From an uncultured Flavobacteriales bacterium (lineage in GTDB: Bacteria; Bacteroidota; Bacteroidia; Flavobacteriales; UBA1820): a DNA stretch of 64,000 bases. The notes under the pieces were generated by a model. The model saw nothing but the letters and a program-made list of their open reading frames with translations. It was not told where the DNA came from and searched no databases. Shown one piece after another: positions 1 to 8,024 of this stretch (the first letter of the stretch is position 1; each line of letters begins with the position of its first letter). The stretch is taken from the NCBI GenBank assembly GCA_959608625.1, contig CAUHQV010000006.1, forward strand, positions 6,498-70,497. Reading direction: 5' to 3'. The translations under genes and the position numbers were made by a program.

Positions 1-314
1 GTTCGGGTATGATCCGACAGGCAGCCGCAAAAGAAGTCAATGCGGAAAGTACGGCAACATATGCCGCAAGACCGCTATCGGTGGCTGTATCGGATAAATT
101 CATGAAAACTATTTTTAGGTTCAGTCTGGAACGGAACGGCCTGCCGGGAAGCATTCCGTTTTCGCTGTCTATCAAATATAAAGAAAGCCTAGAGGAAACG
201 GGAACTTGTTCACAGTTTCCCGAGGCGCATCCTATATTATTCAAATATACGAAATTATTTCCTACAGTCAACTAAAAATCTGCGGCAAAGAATTCCGCTA
301 AAAACAAAGGCAAG

Positions 315-536
315 TCAGGGCACGGGATCGTAGCCGGAACCGCCCCAGGGATTGCAGCGCAAAATACGCCGCAGGGACAGCCAAGAACCTTTGAAAAGGC
401 CGTGCTTGCGCAAGGCTTCGAGCGCATAGGCCGAGCACGTAGGTGTATAGCGGCAGTTTGCCCCCAAATGCGGGGAAATGACTTTTTGGTAAAATTTTAT
501 CAGCAGGACCAGCGGATAAGTAAGTACGCGTTTCAT
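315..536 (-). CDS. yidD: membrane protein insertion efficiency factor YidD
   Basis: Internal-Met 73-aa product [46 protein letters not shown]...[13 protein letters not shown] matches the YidD/UPF0161 signature. Track ORF 315..905 is an over-extension into cysS. The ATG (534-536) overlaps the cysS TGA. Confidence 0.9.
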   Translation of the reverse strand: MKRVLTYPLVLLIKFYQKVISPHLGANCRYTPTCSAYALEALRKHGLFKGSWLSLRRILRCNPWGGSGYDPVP

Positions 537-2029
537 CGCTCTATAGAATAGGTGGTGCCGTCCTTTCCGTCTTTCAGGGTGACACCCACGGCGGCTAAGC
601 GATCGCGTATTTGGTCGGAAAGAGCCCAGTTTTTTTCGGCGCGGGCCGCGTTGCGCTGCTCGATGAACATTCCGATAAGTGCATCGGTGATGTCTTCGCC
701 GCCTTTCTGGTCGATATTCTTGATGCCCATCACTTCGTGCACGAACGATTTGAACGTAGCATCCAGCAGGGCTATATCCGCCGCGGTGAACGAAGCCTTC
801 CCGTCGTACGCCTTGTTGATCTCGGCCACGGCCTCGAACAGGCAGGCGATGAGCACCGGCGTATTGAAATCGTCGTTCATCGCTGCAAAACAACTCTTGC
901 GCCAAGCCTCCACATCGAACGTGCTCCTATCGGCAGCCTTCAAACTACCCAGGCGTTCGATACCTTCCATCAAGCGGTAATAACCTTTCTCGGCCGCTTC
1001 CAACGCATCCGAAGAGAAGTCGAGTACCGAGCGGTAGTGGGCCTGCATCACGAAGAAGCGCACCACGGCAGGCGGGAATGCTTTTTTGAGGATATCGTTG
1101 TTCCCGGAGAAAAGCTCATCCGGGTTGAGAATGTTGCCGGTGGATTTGCTCATGCGGCGCCCGTTGAGGGTCAGCATATTGGCATGCAGCCAGTAACGCG
1201 CCCCGCGGGAGTGGTTGTGCACCTGGTTCTGGGCGATCTCGCACTCGTGATGAGGGAATTTGAGATCCATTCCGCCGCCGTGTATATCGAATGTCTCCCC
1301 CAGGTATTTGGTGCTCATGGCCGAACATTCCAGGTGCCAGCCGGGAAATCCTTCGCTCCAGGGCGAGGGCCAGTGCATGATATGAGCCGGAGATGCTTTT
1401 TTCCACAGAGCGAAGTCGCGCGGAGAGCGTTTTTCCTGCTGCCCGTCGAGTTCGCGTGTAGTATCCAGCAGTTCATCGATATTGCGGCCGGAAAGCTCCC
1501 CGTAGGGGCCGGCACCATAGGGATGCTCGCGGTTGTACTTTTCCACGTCGAAATACACCGATCCGTTCGACACGTAGGCATATCCCTTGTCGATGATATC
1601 CTGTGTGATGCGGATCTGTTCGATGATATGTCCGGTGGCCGTAGGCTCGATGGAAGGGGGCAGGTTGCCCAGCAGGCGCATCACCCGGTGGAAGTCCTCT
1701 GTATAGCGCTGGACGATCTCCATGGGTTCGAGAGCCTCCAGGCGGGCTTTCTTGGCGATTTTGTCCTCTCCTTCGTCGGCATCGTTCTCCAGGTGCCCGG
1801 CATCGGTGATATTGCGCACATAGCGCACTTTATACCCAAGGAAAAGAAAATAGCGGAAGATCATATCGAACGACATGAACGTACGACAGTTACCCAGGTG
1901 TACGTTGGAATATACGGTCGGCCCGCATACGTACATGCCCACCCGTCCGGGGACGGTGGGCGTGAAAAGCTCTTTCTTACCCGTCAGGGAGTTATAGACG
2001 CAGAGTTCGTTGTCCTGGTACAATGCCAT
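533..2029 (-). CDS. cysS: cysteine--tRNA ligase
   Basis: 498 aa. Class I motifs: HIGH-type VHLGNCRTF near the N-terminus and RMSKSTGN (KMSKS-type). Overall CysS-like sequence, e.g. GWHLECSAM. Confidence 0.96.
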   Translation of the reverse strand: MALYQDNELCVYNSLTGKKELFTPTVPGRVGMYVCGPTVYSNVHLGNCRTFMSFDMIFRYFLFLGYKVRYVRNITDAGHLENDADEGEDKIAKKARLEALEPMEIVQRYTEDFHRVMRLLGNLPPSIEPTATGHIIEQIRITQDIIDKGYAYVSNGSVYFDVEKYNREHPYGAGPYGELSGRNIDELLDTTRELDGQQEKRSPRDFALWKKASPAHIMHWPSPWSEGFPGWHLECSAMSTKYLGETFDIHGGGMDLKFPHHECEIAQNQVHNHSRGARYWLHANMLTLNGRRMSKSTGNILNPDELFSGNNDILKKAFPPAVVRFFVMQAHYRSVLDFSSDALEAAEKGYYRLMEGIERLGSLKAADRSTFDVEAWRKSCFAAMNDDFNTPVLIACLFEAVAEINKAYDGKASFTAADIALLDATFKSFVHEVMGIKNIDQKGGEDITDALIGMFIEQRNAARAEKNWALSDQIRDRLAAVGVTLKDGKDGTTYSIER

Positions 2030-2053
2030 TTTTTTCTTTTCCCGGTTTAAATA

Positions 2054-2728
2054 TTACTGATAATGGGTATCCAATTCGATGAAGCGGAGGAATTCGCGGC
2101 GTACGGATTCATCCTTGAACGCGCCGCCGTATTCCGCCGTTACCGTGGCGGAGGCCACATCGCGGATGCCGCGCGAATTGACACACAAGTGCTTGGCATC
2201 GATGATGCATGCCACATCCTCCGTGCCGAGGGCTTTCTGGAGTTCCCGTACGATCTGCATCGTCAGGCGTTCCTGCACCTGGGGACGGCGGGCATAGTAG
2301 TCGACGATCCGGTTCAGTTTGGACAGGCCGATAACCGATCCGTGCGATATATAAGCCACATGGGCCTTGCCGACGATGGGCAGGAAATGATGCTCGCAAG
2401 TGGAATAAAGCGTGATATTCTTTTCCACCAGCATCTGGCCGTAGCGGTATTTGTTCTCGAAAGAGGACATCCGGGGCTTTTTGTCCGGATCGAGGCCCGA
2501 GAAAATCTCCCGGACGTACATTTTGGCCACCCGGCGAGGCGTATTGCGCAGCGAATCGTCCGTCAAGTCGAGGCCCAGGGTGTGCATGATATGGCGGAAA
2601 TCTTTTTCAATCGCTTCTATCTTATCCTCTTCGCTCATCTCGAAAGCGTCGGCCCGCATCGGTGTCGCTTCGGCGGGAGCGGCGGGGCAGTCGCGGCAGA
2701 TTTTTTCCTTATCTTTCTCCTTTTCCAT
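2054..2728 (-). CDS. folE: GTP cyclohydrolase I
   Basis: 224 aa with the FolE signature STCEHHFLPIVGKAHVAYI and QVQERLT. A TATCTTTG -7 box lies 27 nt upstream. Confidence 0.94.
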   Translation of the reverse strand: MEKEKDKEKICRDCPAAPAEATPMRADAFEMSEEDKIEAIEKDFRHIMHTLGLDLTDDSLRNTPRRVAKMYVREIFSGLDPDKKPRMSSFENKYRYGQMLVEKNITLYSTCEHHFLPIVGKAHVAYISHGSVIGLSKLNRIVDYYARRPQVQERLTMQIVRELQKALGTEDVACIIDAKHLCVNSRGIRDVASATVTAEYGGAFKDESVRREFLRFIELDTHYQ

Positions 2729-2754
2729 TTTTCCTTGTTTTTTCGTATAAAATG

Positions 2755-2762
2755 CAAAGATA
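2755..2762 (-). promoter_or_regulatory. Bacteroidota -7 promoter box (TATCTTTG) for folE
   Basis: Perfect TAnnTTTG on the minus strand, 27 nt upstream of the folE ATG. Confidence 0.5.
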
Positions 2763-2836
2763 ACTAATCGTCCCGTTTTTTGTCTCTCCGGAGAAGCGTT
2801 AATTGCTTCTTAAGATGCTCTTTTTTAAAAATTCAC

Positions 2837-2844
2837 TACCTTTG
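2837..2844 (+). promoter_or_regulatory. Bacteroidota -7 promoter box (TACCTTTG) for argS
   Basis: Perfect TAnnTTTG, 68 nt upstream of the argS ATG. Divergent from the folE box. Confidence 0.5.
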
Positions 2845-2911
2845 CGGGTGTTCAGCGGGCTTTGCGGCCCGGAAAACCTTTCCCTGAAAAAAGAAAAATA
2901 CGACATAGACC

Positions 2912-4690
2912 ATGGATATCCTTTCGGTATTAAAAGAGCATATTTCCCAGATTTTGGGGTCCCTGTACGGACTTTCGGACGCGCAAACCGACCTCCAGGC
3001 CACCCGCGAGGAATTCGCGGGTGACGTGACCCTGCTGGTCTTCCCGTTCGTCAGGGCTTCGCGCAAAAGCCCGGAGGGCACCGGCCTGGAGATCGGCGAA
3101 GCGCTGAAAGAACGCATCCCTGGAGTGGTGAAAGGTTTCAACGTGGTGAAAGGTTTTTTGAATATCGAACTTTCGCCCGGAGTATTTGTGGATGAATTCG
3201 TTACGGCATACGCCGACACGCAATTCGGCTGTCGGAAGGCGGACGAAAAAACGCCGGCCGTGATGGTGGAGTATTCTTCGCCCAACACCAACAAGCCGCT
3301 GCACCTGGGGCATATCCGCAACAACCTGCTGGGATTTTCGGTGGCGCGCCTGTTGGAGGCCTCGGGAAAAAAGGTCGTCAAGACCCAAATCATCAACGAC
3401 CGGGGTATCCATATCTGCAAATCGATGCTTGCTTGGAAACTATTCGGAAACGGCGAGACGCCGGAAACCTCCGGTCTGAAAGGCGACAAACTGGTGGGCA
3501 AATATTACGTGGAATTCGACAAGGCTTATCGCAAGGAGGTCGATGAACTCAAAGCGCAGGGCGTCGAAGAGGAAGAGGCCAAAAAGAAAGCCCCGCTGAT
3601 GCTCGAAGCCCAGGAAATGCTGCGCAAATGGGAGGCCAAAGATGCGGGAGTGCGCGCCCTGTGGGAAATGATGAACGGATGGGTGTTCTCCGGGTTCGCC
3701 GAGACCTACAAACGCCTGGGTGTGGAGTTCGACAAAAACTATTATGAGAGTAGTACGTACCTGCTGGGTAAGGATATCGTGGAAAAAGGCCTCGCTGCGG
3801 GCGTATTCTACCGCCGGGACGACGGGTCGGTATGGATAGACCTCTCGGGCGACGGGCTGGACGAAAAACTGGTGCTGCGCGGGGACGGTACTTCCGTTTA
3901 CATCACGCAGGACATGGGTACCGCCGTGGAGCGCTTCCGCGAATTCGATATCGACTCCCTTATTTACACTGTGGGCAACGAGCAGGACTACCACTTCAAG
4001 GTGCTGTTCCTGATCCTGAAAAAACTGGGTTATCCCTGGGCCGACAAATTATACCATCTATCGTACGGCATGGTCGACCTTCCTTCGGGCAAAATGAAAT
4101 CCCGCGAAGGCACCGTAGTGGACGCCGACGACCTGATGGACGATATGTACCGTACTGCCAAAGAAATTTCGGAAGAGCTGGGCAAACTGGACGGCATGTC
4201 GGACCAGGAGAAGGACAGCCTGTACAACATGATAGGCATGGGGGCGCTGAAGTATTACCTGCTGAAGGTCGACCCGCGCAAGCGCATGATGTTCAACCCC
4301 CAGGAGTCCATCGACTTCAACGGCAACACGGGGCCGTTCATCCAATACGCCTACGCGCGCATCCAGTCGATCAAGCGCAAATTCGGGGATCTTCCCGCGC
4401 AGCCCATCCGGATAAATTCGCTGGAGCCGCGCGAGGTAGAACTCATCAAGAACGTGGCGGAATTCCCGGCCCTCATCCAGAAAGCCGCGGCCGCGCATTC
4501 GCCGGCGCTGGTGGCCAATTACGTGTACGAACTGGTGAAAATGTACAACTCCTATTACCAGAACGTGCCGATGCTCGCCGCCGAAGACCCCGATGTACGG
4601 GCTTTCCGGGTGCAGCTTTCCGACCTGGTAGGACGGGTGATAAAGACTTCCATGTCCGTGCTGGGCATCGACGTGCCCGAGCGTATGTAA
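2912..4690 (+). CDS. argS: arginine--tRNA ligase
   Basis: 592 aa. SSPNTNKPLHLGHIRNN (HIGH), GKMKSREG (KMSKS-like) and a C-terminal DALR-type anticodon-binding region. Confidence 0.96.
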   Translation: MDILSVLKEHISQILGSLYGLSDAQTDLQATREEFAGDVTLLVFPFVRASRKSPEGTGLEIGEALKERIPGVVKGFNVVKGFLNIELSPGVFVDEFVTAYADTQFGCRKADEKTPAVMVEYSSPNTNKPLHLGHIRNNLLGFSVARLLEASGKKVVKTQIINDRGIHICKSMLAWKLFGNGETPETSGLKGDKLVGKYYVEFDKAYRKEVDELKAQGVEEEEAKKKAPLMLEAQEMLRKWEAKDAGVRALWEMMNGWVFSGFAETYKRLGVEFDKNYYESSTYLLGKDIVEKGLAAGVFYRRDDGSVWIDLSGDGLDEKLVLRGDGTSVYITQDMGTAVERFREFDIDSLIYTVGNEQDYHFKVLFLILKKLGYPWADKLYHLSYGMVDLPSGKMKSREGTVVDADDLMDDMYRTAKEISEELGKLDGMSDQEKDSLYNMIGMGALKYYLLKVDPRKRMMFNPQESIDFNGNTGPFIQYAYARIQSIKRKFGDLPAQPIRINSLEPREVELIKNVAEFPALIQKAAAAHSPALVANYVYELVKMYNSYYQNVPMLAAEDPDVRAFRVQLSDLVGRVIKTSMSVLGIDVPERM

Positions 4691-4693
4691 GCG

Positions 4694-5011
4694 ATGGAAA
4701 AAATATACAATATCACTGCCGCCGTGGATGCGGATATCGCCGAAAAATGGTCGGAAGAAGCTGTTTCTTCTCTCCTCCCGGCGCTGATGGCTGTCACGGG
4801 GGTATTGAACGTGGAGCTGATCGAAGTCAGAGCTCCGGATGCCCCGAAAGAGGCCCGTACGTTCACCGTACAGATCCGTTTCGCCGACCAGGGCGCTTTG
4901 GATGCTTTTCTGGCACAGCACGAACAGCGGGCGGAAAAAGAGCTTTTCGAAAAATTCGGCAATAAATACGTCACATTCCGCCTGCAACTGGATTCCCTGC
5001 ACAGACTCTAA
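4694..5011 (+). CDS. DUF4286 family protein
   Basis: 105 aa, MEKIYNITAAVDADIAEKW...FGNKYVTFRLQL. Size and pattern fit the Bacteroidota DUF4286 family. Packed tightly between argS and rsmA. Confidence 0.7.
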   Translation: MEKIYNITAAVDADIAEKWSEEAVSSLLPALMAVTGVLNVELIEVRAPDAPKEARTFTVQIRFADQGALDAFLAQHEQRAEKELFEKFGNKYVTFRLQLDSLHRL

Positions 5012-5016
5012 CGAAT

Positions 5017-5787
5017 ATGGAAAAAGTCAGGGCCAAAAAATACCTCGGACAACATTTTCTCACCGATCGCGACATCGCCCGGCGCATTGCCGATACGGTG
5101 GACGGAGCCCCAAACGGGAACGTGCTGGAAGTCGGCCCCGGCATGGGTATCCTTACGGAGTGTTTGCTGGAAAAAGGCTGCAACGTCTTGGTGGCCGAGA
5201 TAGACACCGAATCGGTGGACTACCTGCAGGTGAACTTCCCCGCCCTTTCGGGCCGCGTGATCGAAGGGGATTTTCTGAAAATGGATCTGTCCGCCCTTTT
5301 CGGCGGGGAGGATTTTACCCTGATCGGGAACTTCCCGTACAACATTTCCTCGCAGATCATGTTCCGGGCGCTGGACTACACTTCCCGGGTACACCGGATA
5401 TCGGGTATGTTCCAGAAAGAAGTGGCCGAACGCCTCACGGCCCCGCACGGGAGCAAGGTGTACGGTATCTTGTCTGTCCTATTGGCTGTATATTACACTC
5501 CTGAATATCTTTTTACGGTTCCGGAAAGCGTTTTTTCCCCGCCGCCGAAAGTCAAATCGGGCGTAATCCGGCTCGACCGGCGACAGGACATCCCGCAGGA
5601 TTTCGACCCGGAAGCCCTGAAAAAGATCGTCAAAGCCGGGTTCAACCAGCGACGCAAGACCCTTCGCAATGCCCTGAAGCCGATCGGCATCCCGGAATCC
5701 GCAGCGGCGAGCCCCCTGCTAGACTTACGGGCCGAACAACTGCCCTATACCGATTTCCTCGACCTGAGTCGCCTTTTTGAAAAATAA
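5017..5787 (+). CDS. rsmA: 16S rRNA (adenine1518/1519-N6)-dimethyltransferase
   Basis: 256 aa. YLGQHFL start, SAM-binding [20 protein letters not shown] motif. Confidence 0.94.
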   Translation: MEKVRAKKYLGQHFLTDRDIARRIADTVDGAPNGNVLEVGPGMGILTECLLEKGCNVLVAEIDTESVDYLQVNFPALSGRVIEGDFLKMDLSALFGGEDFTLIGNFPYNISSQIMFRALDYTSRVHRISGMFQKEVAERLTAPHGSKVYGILSVLLAVYYTPEYLFTVPESVFSPPPKVKSGVIRLDRRQDIPQDFDPEALKKIVKAGFNQRRKTLRNALKPIGIPESAAASPLLDLRAEQLPYTDFLDLSRLFEK

Positions 5788-5876
5788 ATGGACAGGATGC
5801 CGTTATAACCTGCTTTTTGTGGATTTTTTGCGGAAAATTCCTATCTTCGCTTATAGGAATAAAACATCATTCAGCC

Positions 5877-6200
5877 ATGATCATTACCACCACCAATAGC
5901 ATAGAAGGACATAACGTACTCGAATACATGGGTATCGTATCCGGAGAGGCCATCATCGGGGCCAACGTGTTCCGCGACTTTTTCGCCAGTATCCGGGATA
6001 TCGTAGGCGGCCGTGCCGCTTCCTACGAGGAAGTCCTGCGCCAGGCCAAAGATTCGGCCCTGCGGGAAATGGAAGAAAAAGCCGCCGCTCTGGGCGCCAA
6101 CGCCGTGATCGGGGTAGACCTGGATTACGAAACGGTAGGCAGCGGAGGCAGTATGCTGATGGTCACCGCCGCCGGGACCGCCGTACGGATCGACGGTTAA
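5877..6200 (+). CDS. YbjQ/UPF0145 family protein
   Basis: Internal Met at 5877 gives [46 protein letters not shown]...[11 protein letters not shown], the typical YbjQ_1 pattern. The upstream 20 codons of the track ORF are probably non-coding. Confidence 0.85.
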   Translation: MIITTTNSIEGHNVLEYMGIVSGEAIIGANVFRDFFASIRDIVGGRAASYEEVLRQAKDSALREMEEKAAALGANAVIGVDLDYETVGSGGSMLMVTAAGTAVRIDG

Positions 6201-6487
6201 AGTTTTATCACGTCGGGAATATCCGCCACTTTCGTGTATTTTTCGATGATATCGTCCGGTGACGAAGCTTTCATGGTGATCGTCAGGCTGACGTAATTGC
6301 CTTTGGACGAAGGCGCGGCCGCGATGTTCGCTCCTGTTCCTTCAAAGACGGCCTCGATCTTCCCCCGGGCGTCGGTATCGGCTTTTACAATGAATTTAAA
6401 GGGATAATACCCCGGGAATGCCATTCCTTTTTCCAGTTGTTCGCGGAATTTTTCGCTGTACAGTTGGTCTTTTACATTTTCATCCAT
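6197..6487 (-). CDS. DUF493 (YbeD-like) family protein
   Basis: 96 aa with the [11 protein letters not shown]...[10 protein letters not shown] pattern typical of DUF493. Its stop overlaps the convergent YbjQ-like gene by 4 nt. Confidence 0.7.
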   Translation of the reverse strand: MDENVKDQLYSEKFREQLEKGMAFPGYYPFKFIVKADTDARGKIEAVFEGTGANIAAAPSSKGNYVSLTITMKASSPDDIIEKYTKVADIPDVIKL

Positions 6488-6506
6488 GATACTCTTGTTT
6501 TTAGGT

Positions 6507-7781
6507 TCATATTTGGGTTAACAAAGGTTTTTCCAGATTTTCCGCCACCACCGAAACGATCTTTTCGGTAGCCCCGGCATTGTTGCGCACGAAATCGCGG
6601 CAGGCTACGGCGCTGTGGGCAAAGGCTTTTTCATCGTACAGGAAGCGCCGGACGGCAGCGGAGAACTCTTCCTGGTCGCCCACGACAGTGAGCCCGCCGC
6701 ATCCTTTCAGCCCTATCGCCTCGATATACGCGGTATAATTGGGCCCGCACAGTACGGGGCGCCCGAAAACGGCCGGTTCCAGCACGTTGTGTATCCCGGA
6801 ACGGGTAAATCCTCCCCCAATCAGCGTCACATCGGCGTAGGAATACACTTTGGTCAGGATACCCACCGTATCCAGGATGAGTACCCGGGCTTTTCCGAGA
6901 TCGACCTTTTCCCGCTCCGAATACAGCACGGCCCCCGGCAAACTGTCGCGGAGCCTGTAGACTTTTTCCGGATGAATGTCGTGCGGGGCGATGAGGTATT
7001 TTACATTCTCATCCTCTTTGTTGTCTGCGACGAGCCCTGCCATAAGCAGTTCGTCGCCGCCCCAGGCCGATCCGGCCACCACAAGTTTGCCGTCACCCTT
7101 GAATTGCTCCATAAAAGGGAGCGTATTGTCCGTTCCGAGGATGTCCATCACCCGGTCGAAACGGGTATCTCCGGCCGCTTCGCAATTTTTTACCCCGATG
7201 GACCGAAGCAGTGAGACGCTTTCCCCATCCTGAGTGAATATCCGGGTGAAAAGCGGGAGTAGGCGGCGCATGAATCGCCCATAAGGTTTAAAAAACACTT
7301 GTTGGGGGTCGAAACGCGCACTGATCAGGTACAGGGGAATACCCTCCTTGCGGATACGCTGGAGGAAGTTGCCCCAGAATTCGTATTTTATGAACACGGC
7401 GGCAGTGGGCCGTACGATGCGCACAAAGTCGCGGGCCGCGCTGGGAGTATCGAGCGGCAGGTACGTCACAATATCCGCCCCCGGATAGTCTTTGCGGACG
7501 TTATAGCCCGAAGGGGAAAAAAAGGTCAGCAGGATCTTCACTCCGGGAAGGCGTTTTTTTAACGCTTCCATCACCGGACGTCCCTGCTCGAACTCGCCCA
7601 GGGAGGCAGCATGGAACCATATAATCCGGTTGCCGGGAGGAAGGTCCGTCAGTTTCTGCTTGAGCTTGCGGCGCCAGTTGTTGCGCCCCCGTACGGCATC
7701 CCTGCTTTTGGTGTTGAACAGGCTGTGCACCTTCATCAGCCCCGGCAGGGCGCTCATCGACAGGTCGTAGAATATGTTCAT
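6507..7781 (-). CDS. waaA: 3-deoxy-D-manno-octulosonic acid (Kdo) transferase
   Basis: IWFHAASLGEFEQGRPVMEALK... and a GT30-like C-terminal half. Start moved to the internal Met MNIFYDLS (ATG 7779-7781). The 63 upstream codons of the track ORF cover hairpin-rich intergenic DNA. Confidence 0.9.
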   Translation of the reverse strand: MNIFYDLSMSALPGLMKVHSLFNTKSRDAVRGRNNWRRKLKQKLTDLPPGNRIIWFHAASLGEFEQGRPVMEALKKRLPGVKILLTFFSPSGYNVRKDYPGADIVTYLPLDTPSAARDFVRIVRPTAAVFIKYEFWGNFLQRIRKEGIPLYLISARFDPQQVFFKPYGRFMRRLLPLFTRIFTQDGESVSLLRSIGVKNCEAAGDTRFDRVMDILGTDNTLPFMEQFKGDGKLVVAGSAWGGDELLMAGLVADNKEDENVKYLIAPHDIHPEKVYRLRDSLPGAVLYSEREKVDLGKARVLILDTVGILTKVYSYADVTLIGGGFTRSGIHNVLEPAVFGRPVLCGPNYTAYIEAIGLKGCGGLTVVGDQEEFSAAVRRFLYDEKAFAHSAVACRDFVRNNAGATEKIVSVVAENLEKPLLTQI

Positions 7782-7812
7782 ACCATTTGATATATTATCG
7801 TTCAATAAAATA

Positions 7813-7977
7813 TTGGCGGTTGGCCCGCCAAGGCTACTTGGCCCACTTTCTTTTGGAGCAGCAAAAGAAAGTGGCAAAGAAAACGAGCTTTTTACCGGGC
7901 AAAATGGTTTGCATCGCTCACATACGCTTTGGATGGGGCTTAAAATAGCTGGTTTCGTGTTTCGCCCCATCCAAAGC
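7813..7977 (-). other. three tandem perfect hairpins in the dnaG-waaA spacer (terminator cluster or structured RNA)
   Basis: 7813-7831: TTGGCGG/CCGCCAA (7 bp, 5-nt loop). 7843-7874: CCACTTTCTTTTG/CAAAAGAAAGTGG (13 bp, 6-nt loop). 7926-7977: GCTTTGGATGGGGC/GCCCCATCCAAAGC (14 bp, 24-nt loop). None is followed by a clear U-run on either strand. Confidence 0.55.
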
Positions 7978-8024
7978 TATTCGCTCGCAAACACAGTCGC
8001 CCGGACGAAGGCTTAATTCAACAT

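Noticed and set aside
9-275. 88-aa plus-strand ORF at the left edge.
   Set aside because: It is rich in codons that are rare elsewhere in the window (CTA, TTA, TCA, ATA, AGG, AGA). I recognise no motif. It also overlaps minus-strand promoter-like boxes and hairpins. Most likely non-coding.
7774-8016. 80-aa plus-strand ORF, plus the 63-codon N-terminal extension of waaA (7782-7970), covering the dnaG-waaA spacer.
   Set aside because: Both run straight through three perfect palindromic stems, which explains why both strands stay open. The waaA homology begins at the internal Met (7781). No protein-like features.
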